Of a stretch of 64,000 nt of DNA, positions 1 to 13,234 are shown piece after piece. How positions within the stretch are numbered: position 1 is the first letter of the stretch; each line of letters begins with the position of its first letter. The notes under the pieces are model-generated. The model worked only from the letters and a program-made list of their open reading frames with translations. It was not told the origin of the DNA and did not search any database. Made by a program: the position numbers and the translations under genes. The DNA comes from Tubulanus polymorphus (Eukaryota; Animalia; Nemertea): assembly GCF_964204645.1 (NCBI RefSeq), contig NC_134031.1, positions 6,510,001 to 6,574,000 on the forward strand. The letters run 5' to 3'.

Positions 1-700
1 GCCAATGTTTTATGTGTACCACAGAGAGGGGGGCCCTGGTAAGCACATATCGGGTTAGATGTAGAAATACTCGAGCTATTTCCAACTCGAATTTCCAAAT
101 TGCGCGCACGTATTTCTGAGAAAAATTAAGAAGCTTTGAAATATGACAGATTACTCCATGAAAATAGAAGATAATGCACGAAATCAGGGAAGCTAAAGAT
201 TGCTCTGGGTGCAAAACTATTCTGTTCAAGTTCTTTTGAAAAAGAAATATTAAAATAAATTTATTGTTTTCGACAGGCGCACGGCCCCTAACACAAATGT
301 ATAGTTATCGACTGAAAATGTTGACACGTTGAAAAAGTTGATTCAAAATTTTCCAATAACGTATTTTTTACGATGTTGTCTTCCATGGATACCACAGACA
401 CATTGTTGTCGAACTGTTTGATTCTATTGATTATTGATGACTCAGAGTTCGATATTTCGGTAGAGTTCAATATTTCAACTCATCTTGGTTAAACGTAGGG
501 TAACTGAAAACTGTGTGGAACTGAGTCCGGGATATTTATTTGTGATTCCTAGAATCGATCATTAATTGGTTAATTTTGAAGATATTTCATCTACTAGACG
601 GGATTTATATCTAACGAGACTTTTCCAGTTAAAAGTTCTATTTTTTCAGATTTGACCGAAATAATCAATGAAATAATCAAAAATGATAATTCATACTCAC

Positions 701-1836
701 GCCACTGAGCGGTGCAACCAGTCGCGTCTATTCTATCCCAAAGTGTAACATTATGTACCACGTATTGAGTTCCGAGATCAATTCTAATCCAGGCGTTTAG
801 ATGTGACATATATGATCACCAGCCGGCCCACGATCCGTCTGACCATCTGTACATTTATCACCAGTCCCGTGCGCTATCAAATGGGATGACATTGTAACTG
901 TTTTACCACGAGCGATGTTACCTACAAAACACATTTTGTGTATAAAAGATTTGAATTATTTCACGAATTTTCAAAACGAACAAAAACAAATTGATTCAAA
1001 GTTATTTCACAATTTCAACTAGAATTTAAAAAAACTAACATTTTTTTTCTTTACGCGATGAAATAATTAAGAGTTGATCTCAGTTCGTTTACAGTTCCCG
1101 GATGTTTCATGAATCTATGATATTTTTACTAATAGATTTTTTCCCGCTTATGGATTAGTGAAGTTAATCCGTGTATGGATTAGTGACGTTAATCTGTATA
1201 CGGATTTATAGTGTTAGTGTTATTCCGTTAATCTGAGATAAATCTAATGACATTTACATCATTCATTTGTATTTCTTTAAGATTTATTTTTGTAAAGGCT
1301 TTTACGGAGTTAATCCGTTAATCTGATATAAATCCGAGGTTCAGTGATATTTGACCTGACCCCGGTTTACTGAAGCAAAAACAGAAAACTTACCGATTTG
1401 ACAAGCTGGTCCGGTCCATCCTGGTGGTGTCCAGGGATACGGAGTTTTTATTGTAGACTCACATGCAGTGTTAGGATTCGGACACGTTAAAGCGCCATCT
1501 ATATTCTGTCCCTTTATTGGACATATGTTCACGGCTGTATTACTGCAATGACACTCCCAACCAGTACAACTCTTCCCAAAACATTTCGCTGAAATGACAA
1601 AAAGAAGATTATTTTACAAAAATATTCTCCAAATGCTGTTCTCCAACAATAATTACCTTCTTTCTCTGGTTATCATCGGTGCTCTCTTATGGATTGAAAT
1701 CGTACAATTTACGATTTCCACATTTTTTACAGCTCTGGAACCAACGATTATTGATTAACTCACCTGATGTGTTTGTGATGAATAAACATAGAATCAACAA
1801 CAGCAGAAAACGAAAGATGTTTCTTTCACGATACAT
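701..1836 (-). pseudogene. Secreted/surface EGF-like + F-type lectin (fucolectin, F5/8C-like) domain gene, 5' three exons, frameshifted in exon 3
   Basis: Exons 1836-1764 (signal peptide MYRERNIFRFLLLLILCLFITNTS), 1588-1394 (Cys-rich KCFGKSCTGWECHC...PGWTGPACQI) and 921-701 (GNIARGKTVTMSSH...CTDG...ICHI*), with phase-1 GT-AG junctions. The frame reaches TAA at ~797-799, while the F-lectin motif NAWIRIDLGTQYVVHNVTLWDRID continues in another frame up to a GTGAGT donor. Further exons may lie beyond the window start. Confidence 0.7.
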
Positions 1837-2289
1837 TTTGTTTATCTGAATGACGCAGTATGATATCGCTCACATATCTATGCAATTAACTTCCTTTTGA
1901 TTTTCAAATAAATCATTTTTAAAGGAAGTTTAAACAAATTTCAGATTTGCTAGTTTACTTTGCTCTGAGGGGGGAGGTTAGGAAGGAGGCCAGAACAGAA
2001 CATCAGGGGTCACCGTTACCTGAGTAGGAAAAAAATAAATAAAAGAAAAAATCTTTGATAAGTAAAAAGAGCAAATTATCAAAATATGAAAAAAAACCAG
2101 TTTAATTCATAGTGTTAACGGATTAACTCCACTTAAATCCTCAGCACGATAGACATGACACCCCTTTCGTGTAAAATGAGCCAAACCATTGGTTTTCCCC
2201 GTATCAGACACAATAGGCATCGACAGAATAAGTAATTGCTAATTGATTATCAATTAAAAGCATTAAAATCATGAATCATTACTTCCTTA

Positions 2290-2475
<186 letters not shown>

Positions 2476-2607
2476 TTTATGTACGTACGTGAATCCGGGT
2501 CATTGAGTTCTTTACTGCTTGAATAAACTGTAATAATAAAAATACGTTTAAAAATGATGAAATTGTCAAAATAATAACATTCAATATTTAGAAGTCTAGA
2601 AAATAAA

Positions 2608-2797
2608 AATAATGAATTGTCGCGGGTGATAAAACCAAAATAATGAATGGTCTCGGGCGACAAAACCAAAATAATGAATTGTCGCGGGCGATAAAAACAA
2701 AATATTGAATTGTCGCGGGCGATAAAACCAAAATAATGAATTATCGCGGGCGATAAAACTAAATTATTGAATTGTCGCGGGCGATAAAACCAAAATA
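2608..2797. repeat. 31-bp minisatellite, left part (~6 units)
   Basis: Unit AAAACCAAAATAATGAATTGTCGCGGGCGAT with period 31; the array resumes at 8598 after an insertion. Confidence 0.93.
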
Positions 2798-5700
2798 AAG
2801 GGTGTATGCGACAAATAAGGAAAATACAGTTAATTTCCCTGTTTTCGGCTTAATTTTGAAGTAGATGAAAACATGTTTTCTTTGAATTGAAGCCACGGGA
2901 ACCACTTAACCTCATTTTCAAGCCGGCTTAGAATAGGCGATGTTGGGTTATTATGTCATTGATTTGCACAAAACGGACACCAGTATAATCAAATTCCCAT
3001 CCTCGATGGCGAGCGTTTCCAAAAAACCCAGCAACAGTGAGTTCCGGGAACTCATTTTGACATGGAATGTCGGAATCCCAGCCTTCGATGATTTCCCATC
3101 TCCACCATGACCCAATAGACTCAATTACTCAAATAATTTGCGGACCTCATTTTGACACGACGTTAAGAATTCAAAACCCGCCAAGGAATCGACCACGAAA
3201 TTGAATTAATAAAACTTTTGATAAATGAATAAAGTTTACCGGTAGGAAATTATACGGAACAATTATCATCTTACCCACGTACGTGTATATATATATACCC
3301 AGCATTATAGATATTATTGAAGTTTTCAGTTAAACAAGCCATAACAGAATTTACGTGACATGAACTACTACCACAAAATAAGCTTTTCATCTTATTCCTA
3401 AAGGAACTGGTTCAACACTAATCAGTTATCTATTTTGTTACTAGCATGCAAAGCAAAACATTCAAATGTTTTTGATATATTCTAAATGTATTTTTGCTTT
3501 TATTTCTATTAACGGGATTGATGGAAAAGTTGTTTAGCTGAATCGCAGTATCGTCTCGCAACTGGATCTTTTATGACACAGTGTATTATACTTTTTCCAC
3601 TGTCGGGTTATTTTCAAAGTGATTCACAATACGCGAGCGGATCTATTGCTATATGAGAGTGATGGTGATTGAATACTAATTAAAGATAGAATGTCAGCTC
3701 TTTTATCTGTATTAGTGTATATAAATATATATATTTATTAACGTGTCATCTCGATAAACAAGCCAGCCTATAATAAGGCTTACAAGACACATTGACATTT
3801 ACAAGTACAACAAACATGTGACATTGGATTAAGAATAAAGAATTTAGAATTTCGAAGTTTCATTGCGGCTGATATGAATCCGCAAACACTTACGATACGA
3901 CTATTACTTAGTAGAATTTTAGTTTTTACGGCATTAGACAAAAGATTGATATCTAGTTCTAGGATACCATTGATCTTAGAAAAGAGGTCATTACGTAGAT
4001 CAACGTATTTGTAGCAAGTGCACAAGAAATGTTCCTCTGTTTCAACTTCATTCGCTGTACATGCAACACATATTGTTCAATTGGCAAATTACGGTATCGA
4101 CCTAGTTCTATGTTCAAGGGGAAAGTACCATTTCTTAACCTTGCTATTGTGGAGCGGTTTGAACGTGATGTGTGTAATTTGACATAGTCTTCTGTTCCAA
4201 ATTTTGGCTTAAGTACGGTATAAGTACGGAGTTTTGATTGCAGAGGAACATTTCTTGACCACGTTATTGCATAGTTTCTATATAAAATTATTCTAATATC
4301 ATTCAAAACCTTTTTGATTTGATGGGTATTTAGAATAGATGTTCTCATAAAAATATTCCATATTACATTCAGTTAGAACTGACTTGACGAATGAACACCA
4401 ATTAGCTTTGCCAATAAAGGCCTGTTCATCATCATAGAGAAACAAATGTTTGGTTAATCTAGTATCTGGCATATTACAAAGACGAAACCATAGGCGCAAA
4501 ACCTCAATACGATGCCTAATAAATACCGGTAGCCATCCCATATCACCTTCAATCGATAACAAAGATGATTTGTATATGCCCATGTAATAACTAGAAAGGA
4601 CATAAGTAGCAAATAATCACGAATCTGAGAATGTTCAATGTATACACTGACTTTTAAGTGTTCTTAATATCCAGCAGTGATGTATAGTGCGTGTATTATT
4701 GAAGTTCGTTTAAGTGTCCATGTGCAATAGGTATTATCGGGTAGACGGAATGGCCTGGTCGCTATCGGTCTATATAGCTTTATGTCCTAATGTTACGGAA
4801 TTATAAATAAAATGCTCTAGTATAGGCCTACAAAGAAAGTCTTTACAGCGGTCAAATGCATGGTCTCGAAGAAAGAGCGAACCATGCGAAAGTTATTTAC
4901 AAAATAATGTGAATTATCAGGCCAGTAGTAGGCGGCATTGCAACTGATTCGAAATAGTTGTCTTCACCAAGAAATATCACATTTAGATTAATAGTTTTAG
5001 CCGGTGCTCGTGGTAATTCTGATGCGAGAATGGTGTGATCAGATTAAACCAAATGATATTTTAATTTTCGTATAGTAATTACAATTGGTCGTTTGATTCA
5101 ATTGTTCATTTTCTTGAAAATAGAAACCCTTATAGAACTCAGATGGAAAATCCACTATGTTAATCCACTAGTTTAAGCAAGTTTCGTTTTATCTAAATAA
5201 TATTTTCAGTGAGTTTCGATCACAATGAGTTAAATTAGATATGATTATCATTGTTATGAGTATGAGCCAATTAGATTGGACTTATGATTGAACGTTCCGG
5301 TTTCATACAACAAAACAAATAGAATGGATATTCTATATCATGAAAATATATCAAATAATATGTGAAACATTTCACATTGACACGATGCAGTGATATTAGT
5401 GAGCTATTTGTTCTATTGACGTTGACCGTGAACATGAATAAATGCTTGTACCAGCAGAACAATTTTTGTCAGAACAGTCTTTGAACAGTTGAGTTACCTC
5501 CAGTTGAAGAATTAACTTTATAGTATTTGAAAAAAATGGATTTTAATTCCTGATTCATAAGTCCTCATTTAATATCTTCTGATATCTGTCTCATAATCGG
5601 GCAACGCATATGGTATAGGAACAAACCTCACGGGTTTCAAAGTCCCGAAATAGGCTTTTGAGATCGGAATCGCTGTCGTCATCTTGTTATCATTTTAATA

Positions 5701-8597
5701 CCTTCAACATTATTCAGAGCTTATCTCTTATTTATTTGGTGTGTCCCTACTAACCCACCACTCCTGCCGGGACTGAATTACGGCCTCGGATTTTGAAGTC
5801 AAAATTCGGGGTAACGAATATTCTATGTATGGATTATCGCAGATTCACTGAAATTTCAGTTTATATAAAACATCCAGTTAGGAAATTCCAGTTCAGTAAA
5901 TAATTCCATTCAACCTGCACCAGCAAGCAACGATCTGGGGCTTTTAGTGTCGGCATTATATAATTATATATAGGCCTACTTTGAAATTCTGAAATAACTG
6001 AGCCATATTGACTGTGTTTTTTCTGCTCTCGTTTTCAATGAATTAATAGTCCGAAAGTTAATATTAACACATAGACTATATAGGCACGCTACGGTTAAGA
6101 TAATAGTGAAATCGATCAGTCTAATGCGACACAGATTAAAGGTATCGGTAATGAAAACTAGTCTATGAAAAATAGGGTGTGAGTGCTGACTCCTACACCC
6201 TAAATTCTAGTAAAGAAATTATTTTTTCATGTGGTCCAACCAGTATTTGATAAATCTATGCCAATGAACCTACAGAAAGATCGCATAGGAGACAGTTTAG
6301 GTGATGGTCTCACCGTATAAACTATAATAGGGTTGCTCGTTCAGCCGCTCTCAAGTGCTCTCAAGAATACTTAGTTCTAATCCATCCCAAAATAAATTGT
6401 GCCATTTCTATTTGAAGCCTTTTACCTTATACAAAAACAAGAGGATATCGCCATAGTTGCACCATGGGCTCGCTATAACAAAAACAACTGAGAAGGTCAA
6501 TAGTCAACGGGATCCAATATCCAGTACTCTGCTTTGCAATTAAAATGGACCTACAAAAATCCGAATACATCTCTACATTTTGTTTCATGTCTTTCGAGAA
6601 AATAGAAAAAACCACACTATCAAAAACGATGATATCTAAAATGTGCAATGAACATCTTTAGGCAAATACTGACCTTCAATTTCAAAGATTGTATTTATAG
6701 ATTAATAATACACGATATACATTAATAGACATAATTTAGTTATCGAGCCCATTGCAGGTCTATGCAATCTGATATTATTTGAATATGTATTTATCAAGTA
6801 AGTTAACGCATTAATACGGTTGTTGATTTATAAGCGTGAGTCTATCCGGGTAACGGGTAATAATCCGCCACATAAAAATCTAGCCCTTCCAAATTGAATT
6901 TCATAACATGTTAATCGATGATTCTCATCTTGATTAAGAAAAACATTTATCGATGTTACTATTTCTACTGAGCACTAGATGATCGACAGTAATCCCTTCA
7001 AAGTGTACTGCGAACGCTAGCGAAGCACACGAATCATTTTAAGGAATGATAACTTGAGGATATTTTGATTCTAGGAGTACGAGTTGTTGATTAGATTCGA
7101 GCCCATAGAATAAGACAATTGGCTAATAAAGGTCACGTGAAAATGAATAATGTCTATTTAACCTAAATTCAATGATTTTACATATATATATTCCTCAACA
7201 CCGTTGTAAAAAATATTAACCACGGGTTTCTAAAATATTGCATGTTTCCACTGTTTCCCAATCTCTGCAGTATGCAATCCTTACGTCGAATTAAATACTA
7301 CGATCAGAATTACAATTTCATAACCTTGTTTATCAACTTTAGGTGACAGTGATCAAATGATAATTGAGAATAATACAGAATATTGTTTCTGAAGTATACT
7401 TCAGAAACAATATTGCTTGGGGTATGTTTTTCGATTGAATTCGATTAATTCGCCATATAAAACAAAAGCGATCAGACCATTTAGTACCCCGATAATACGG
7501 ATTTAGGCACGGGTATTTGTGCGGGCATCATCATCTCCATATACATATGATAAATTATTGCTGGAGATTTATAATATAAGTCAAAGCACTGATGCAGCAT
7601 TGTAGTAAAGATTGACTGTTTATTTCCTGACGCTCGTTATTGCCTATAGGCCTACACAAGAATAGAGATCAGATGAAATGAAGTCCTGTCATTCAACCAA
7701 ACGGATATTCAATTAATTTCGTTAATAAAGAAGCAAACCAAACTAAAGAAATAAAATCATTTCTTTGACAGAATTTGAACTTGGACCCTGAATGCTTTGT
7801 TTTGCACACACCCAGCTACTAACAAAATACACAACGGTTTGTATTGCCTATTGATTCGTTGCGCATGCAGTGAAGTCATTGTTGTGTATAATACTATTTC
7901 TCGTGGATTTTATTGGAGGTTGGAAAATAAATGCGCTTACACTCTGCAAATATGTTTTACACTCTATCAAGCATCAGAATTTGATAAAGTAACTTATCTA
8001 TAATAATTGTGACTTTCATAATTACGGAACTTTGTTCCAAGTTTTGGAACCTAAAACTTCGATTGTTATAATATATTTAAAAAGATGTATAGTGTACAAC
8101 CTACTGATTAATGAGGTTTCAACTTGTTTATATGTAGTGGACTTAACAATAGTAATATATAAGATAGAATAGTTTTTTGGGAGTTTTTCTTTATTTTCTA
8201 CTTGATTTAAATTCGAGTCCCTGGCAGGTTTAAAATGTTTAATGCCGCGTTAACTCCGTAAATCACGGTATTTGACCTTATTGGGCCATTAGGAAGACGG
8301 GAAATTATCGAAGGCTGGGATTCCGACATTCCATGTCAAAATGAGTTCCCGGAACTCACTGTTGCTGGGTTTTTGGAAACGCTCGCCATCGAGGATGGGA
8401 ATTTGATTATACTGGTGTCCGTTTTGTGCAAATCAATGACATAATAAACCAACATCGCCTATTCTAAGCCGGCTTGAAAATGAGGTTAAGTGGTTCCCGT
8501 GGCTTCAATTCAAAGAAAACAGGTTTTCATCTACTTCAAATTTAAGCCGAAAACAGGGAAATTAACTGTATTTTCCTTATTTGTCGCATACACCCTT
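2798..8597. mobile_element. 5.8-kb non-autonomous DNA transposon with ~300-bp TIRs and 4-bp TSD (AATA)
   Basis: 2798-~3100 (AAGGGTGTATGCGACAAATAAGG...) is the near-perfect reverse complement of ~8297-8597 (...CCTTATTTGTCGCATACACCCTT). AATA flanks both ends (2794-2797, 8598-8601), and removing the element plus one TSD restores an intact minisatellite unit. No transposase ORF recognised. Confidence 0.88.
3735..4590 (-). mobile_element. 5'-truncated non-LTR retrotransposon 3' end (ORF2 C-terminal region), frameshifted, nested in the TIR element
   Basis: Three overlapping ORFs give GDMGWLP...RLWFRLCNMPDTRLTK, SKLRTY...ARLRNGTFPLNIELGRY and a C-x2-C...EEHFL...C..Y..LR zinc-knuckle-like motif typical of LINE ORF2 C-termini. 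An AATAAA/AT-rich tail follows at ~3735. Confidence 0.8.
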
Positions 8598-9130
8598 AAT
8601 AATGAATTGTCGCGGGCGACAAAACCAAAATGGTGAATTGTCGCGGGCGACAAAACCAAAATGGTGAATTGTCGCGGGCGACAAAACCAAAATGGTGAAT
8701 TGTCGCGGGCGACAAAACCAAAATAATGAATTGTCGCGGGCGATAAAACCAAAATAATGAATTGTCGCGTGTGACAAAACCAAAACAATGAATTGTCGCG
8801 GGCGATAAAACTAAAATAATGAGTTGTCTCGGGCGACAAAACCAAAATAATGAATTGTCGCGGGCGATAAAACCAAAATAATGAATTATCGCGGGCGATA
8901 AAACCAAAATATTGAATTGTCGCGGGCGATAAAACCAAAATAATGAATTGTCGCGGGCGACAAAACCAAAATATTGAATTGTCGCGGGCGACAAAACCAA
9001 AAAAAAAGAATGGTCGGGGCGATTAAACCAAAATATTGAATTTTCTCAGGCGACAAAACCAAAATAATGAATTATCGCGGGCGATAAAACCAAAATACGT
9101 AATGAATTGTCGCGGGCGACAAAATCAAAA
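8598..9130. repeat. 31-bp minisatellite, right part (~17 units)
   Basis: Same unit as 2608-2797, with point variants. Confidence 0.93.
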
Positions 9131-10167
9131 TCATTGTTTTCTCGCGTTATTTTAGTTTTGTTGTAATGTCGCCCTCATTTGCATATTCGTGTTTTGTTAT
9201 CTTATCAGCCACCATACCTAAAGCTTTAAGGTCGCGTAAAACTCGATAAACACTTCAAGCGACACAGCGAACGATCTCCTTTCCCCCACAGCGAACGCTT
9301 ACTCCGAATGTCAAGTGTGAGTCCAGCATACGGATAGGAGTGTGTTTTATACTTGTATTTAGTAAATACCTTGTGCATTTGACAATGATCGGTATGTACT
9401 GTAGGAAATATAGAGTATTGATGGTATTGATATAGAGGTTGAAGCCCGCGGCCGAATAAAGTAATATATTGTTTTATTTTGATACCTCGTCGACATAACA
9501 GCTTTTCTCCGCTATATCTCTTCGGCGTGTTTAGTTTAGGCCTACGACTCCCCGGTACACTTATGATTTATCTTAGTAAAAACACGGTAAATTTGGTAAA
9601 GAAAAATAGGTGTTGCTAAATTAACTACTTGACGCCCGCAGCCAAATCACTGGTAGTAATAAATTAATTTGTACTCGATTTGATTCTCATGATGAGGAGA
9701 AACTCGCAGCTGATTCCCGGAACGACGATGTAGTGACACACGTCGATTTGTCGATGTTTACGGCTCGACAGTGCTTTTAAAATCTAAAGTAGTATATTTC
9801 CTGTGTATCAGTAATATAATTTGATGAGGAAAATGGGTTACTGTTAAAATTAGTTTTTAAAAACCGCGACAGAATGTGCAATCTTTGGGTAATAAATTTG
9901 TTAATTTATGCTTGAATTGGTAATCGATGTGACAAGAAACGTGCGGTAGATTTCGGAAAGACGACTTGGAAAAACATGTCGGCTCTTTGAATGGGGCTCA
10001 ATTTTCGATGTTTACGGCCCGACAGTGCTTTTGTAACGTTGATTCTTCAAAATTTGCACGGAGTATTTGTAGATCGAAGTGAGCTGAATGATATCAAACG
10101 GATCGTATCGGCAACAGCGGTAATGTAAAAAAGCCTATGTACTTTTGACAAAAAATGTGTGGAAAAA

Positions 10168-10510
10168 ATAATAATAATAATAATAATAATAAGAAACACG
10201 CGAATCTCAATAGGGTTTTCTGTGATGTAACAGAAAACCCTAATAATCACGCGGATATCAATAGGGTTTTCTGTGAAATAACAGAAAACCCTAATAATCA
10301 CGCGGATATCAATAGGGTTTTCTGTGAAATAACAGAAAACCCTAATAATAATCACGCGGAAATCAATAGGGTTTTCTGTGAAATAACAGAAAACCCTAAT
10401 AATAATCACGCGGATATCAATAGGGTTTTCTGTGAAATAACAGAAAACCCTAATAATAAGAAACACGCGAATCTCAATAGGGTTTTCTGTGATGTAACAG
10501 AAAACCCTCA
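10168..10510. repeat. (AAT)n followed by six tandem hairpin units (51-57 bp), resembling an amplified Helentron/HINE-type 3' terminal palindrome
   Basis: Each unit carries TAGGGTTTTCTGT-N6-ACAGAAAACCCT(A); stems start at 10211, 10262, 10313, 10367, 10421 and 10478. The family assignment is inference. Confidence 0.8.
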
Positions 10511-10849
10511 TTAAATGCACATATTTAGAACTAAATTTGTGATTATAAAAAGGGAAAAGAAAAATGTAAAATAAAATTCGATGGTTTTATTTATAAGTTG
10601 TCTCTGAAACCTTGTGTGATTGAGTTGACAGAATGACTGCCTGATGCCGCTGCTGAACATGTTTGGACGTTTAGCGAACGGACGTAATTTTGGACAGATC
10701 AGTATAGCCCCTGTATAGCCTCTAGGCTTTCACTGCTTCCTTTAACTGATATTCGCCATCGTCACTATTATATCTTGTATTTCCGTGAATGTTTAATGAA
10801 AAATGAAATATTTTCATTATCCGATTAAAAAGTAAAATGAGAGGGATTT

Positions 10850-11530
10850 GCAAAAATAACACTGGTATTGTTGCCTAGACGATTGGACTAATCAAGCTTC
10901 TTAAAAAAAACAAGAGTGACCATTTAGGTCCTGACAACTATCGCGATATTACGCTCATTTACTACGCGAGCCAAATGGATTTAATAAACGAAAATCAAGC
11001 TGGATTCAGAGCCAATTACTCAACCGTCGATCACATATTTTCGAAATGTGTAATCGACATCGTTACCACCTAATATAAATCGTTGTTCTGTTGACTATAA
11101 AATGCGTTCGACACTGTGCCGCATTTTGAATTATGGACAAAGCTTCTCCGAAACAACATAAACCGGAAAATTTCAATTTGATTAAAAACATGTACGATTC
11201 TGCAAAATCATGTATTTTTTAAAATGGAAGGAGTTCAGCCTTCTTTAACTGCTCCATTGGAGTGAGGCAAGGCGAAAATGTGAGTCCTTTATTGTTTTCG
11301 CTTTTTGTTAAGGACTTGGAGAACTATTTTTTAGAAAATGGCTTTGCAGAAATGAAATTGTTTCCGTAAGGCTTCCAAATGGGTAGAAAATTGATTACTT
11401 GACTCCAATGCTAGAAACAGGTATACTACTATGCAGACGACACCGTTATACTGGCCAACGACGCAAGAAACCTCCAAGTCGGTCTGTCATCACTAGAAGA
11501 ATGCTGCGTCAATAGTAAGCTATCAGTGAA
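10850..11530 (+). mobile_element. Decayed non-LTR retrotransposon reverse transcriptase fragment
   Basis: Broken frames retain PDNYRDITL, ENQAGFRANYSTVDHIF, DYKNAFDTV, GVRQGENVSPLLFSLF and LLYADDTVILA. Confidence 0.88.
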
Positions 11531-12280
11531 TGTTTCACAGCAATATTGTAATATTCAATGAAACTATAGTTAATATTCACATTTCAAAAGTAATTACCGG
11601 TATCGTCTATTTTTGATCATGTGGTTTCTAAAACTTCGCAAACCTTTCAGATGATAGTTGTTTTTAATTAATTAGTATCCTCCGATACAAAATTTGAAAC
11701 TTACGCTATAAAACTCATCAAATTAATTCATTTATATGAAATAATTGTGTAACGTCAAAGTTTGCTTGAATGTAGGAATCACGTCGATACACATTGTATG
11801 TTATAATCCCTCGACTATGATGGACCATTTAAAAATATGTACATGTAATGACCTCCTTATACTTAACTTACGTCAGGAAAATGAAGTCTTATCTTATCTT
11901 ACACGTGCGACCGACTTCCAGAAAGAAGACCCGTGGGTCTGGCACCTTTCTGTGAGTATAATTTTCAGAATCCAACATGTGAAATGATGGCATTTTATCT
12001 AGACATTTTCCAACCTGTATTGATGTTTTACTATAGCGATATTTCATGATTTACAATGAATTCTTGTATAACGTACATTTATATTTGATTTAGTAAGATC
12101 TATACTAAACACAATGATAAATGTTCACAACATTTGAATAGTTTGTGTTAGATTTTTGAGAATTGATTTTTCATTTGATGCACATTGCGAGCTTCAATAG
12201 ATAAACATGGCTTAAATTTGTGTCAGTCTATTGATAGAGTCAGTCCACATCTTCAACGGTTAACCATTACATCGTGAATC

Positions 12281-13234
12281 ATGAATTCAACTCCGACTCA
12301 GATTGGTCGAACTTATCTAAGTAACATCATTCTTACGTCTGTTGTGAATAGGTCTGGAATCTACCGTACTGTGTCACTAGTCATTCTGCCTACCGTGTTC
12401 TTGTTTGGAGCGTTTGGAAATTCAGCTACTTTCCTGATAATGATAAGTCGCAGATTCCGAAGTTTATCTTACGCTAACTATCTCATCGTTTTGTCTCTCA
12501 GTGATACTATGTACTGTATAAATTATACAATGATGCCTGTTTTAAAGTTTGTTCTTTTGCATCTAAACACTGGTCCTATATTCATCATGATTTCAGTGAC
12601 CAGTTGTCAAATCTATGAATTTTTGATGGCACTTGCTGTTAGCAATAGTTCGTGGTTAATTGTAGCAATATCTCTAGAACGTGCGGCAGTTGTGCTCTTC
12701 CCGTTCACATCTCGTTTGATATGTACACCGAGATTCGCTAGATTTGTAATTCTGATGATTACTGCAGTGAATGTACTGGTTCAATATCTTCTTCCTACTT
12801 TGTCCATACATTTTCTCGACAAGTTTTTTGGATGTTACCATGAATTATTCGACCAAACAAATTATTTCATCCTAATTGTCATTTACATATACCTTTTGCC
12901 ATTGATTTTGATTCTAACATCAAATTCTGTTATAATAGTTCAGTTATTCAGAGATACAAAAATTGTTTTGTCTGATAAAAAAGCTACAAAATCAAAACGT
13001 ACAACAAAAATGCTTGTAACAGTTTCACTCGCATTTGCATTGTTTACACTTCCGACCACTATGACTACATTTTTACCAATCTCATCGGAACGAAGAGATT
13101 TTCTATATGATATATTTGCACAGTTTCAAATGTGCAACTTTGTAGTAAATTTCTACATATATCTTTTATTGGGACGAGAAATTCGTGAATATTTCTGTAT
13201 GAAAATCCGCTGTAGAAAAGTAGTCAAAGGATAA
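12281..13234 (+). CDS. Single-exon class A (rhodopsin-like) orphan GPCR, FMRFamide/peptide-receptor-like, 317 aa
   Basis: Seven hydrophobic segments; GN in TM1, LSLSD in TM2, Cys at the top of TM3, ISLERA (DRY variant), FxxFTLP in TM6, NFYIY in TM7. Confidence 0.92.
   Translation: MNSTPTQIGRTYLSNIILTSVVNRSGIYRTVSLVILPTVFLFGAFGNSATFLIMISRRFRSLSYANYLIVLSLSDTMYCINYTMMPVLKFVLLHLNTGPIFIMISVTSCQIYEFLMALAVSNSSWLIVAISLERAAVVLFPFTSRLICTPRFARFVILMITAVNVLVQYLLPTLSIHFLDKFFGCYHELFDQTNYFILIVIYIYLLPLILILTSNSVIIVQLFRDTKIVLSDKKATKSKRTTKMLVTVSLAFALFTLPTTMTTFLPISSERRDFLYDIFAQFQMCNFVVNFYIYLLLGREIREYFCMKIRCRKVVKG

Noticed and set aside
8531-9000. Three overlapping repetitive ORFs
   Set aside because: Stop-poor strand of a 31-bp minisatellite; the period is not a multiple of 3.
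10047-10520. Palindromic repeat array as a CRISPR or a repeat protein
   Set aside because: The intervening sequences are near-identical rather than unique spacers, there are no cas genes and the context is eukaryotic; the ORFs merely translate the repeat.
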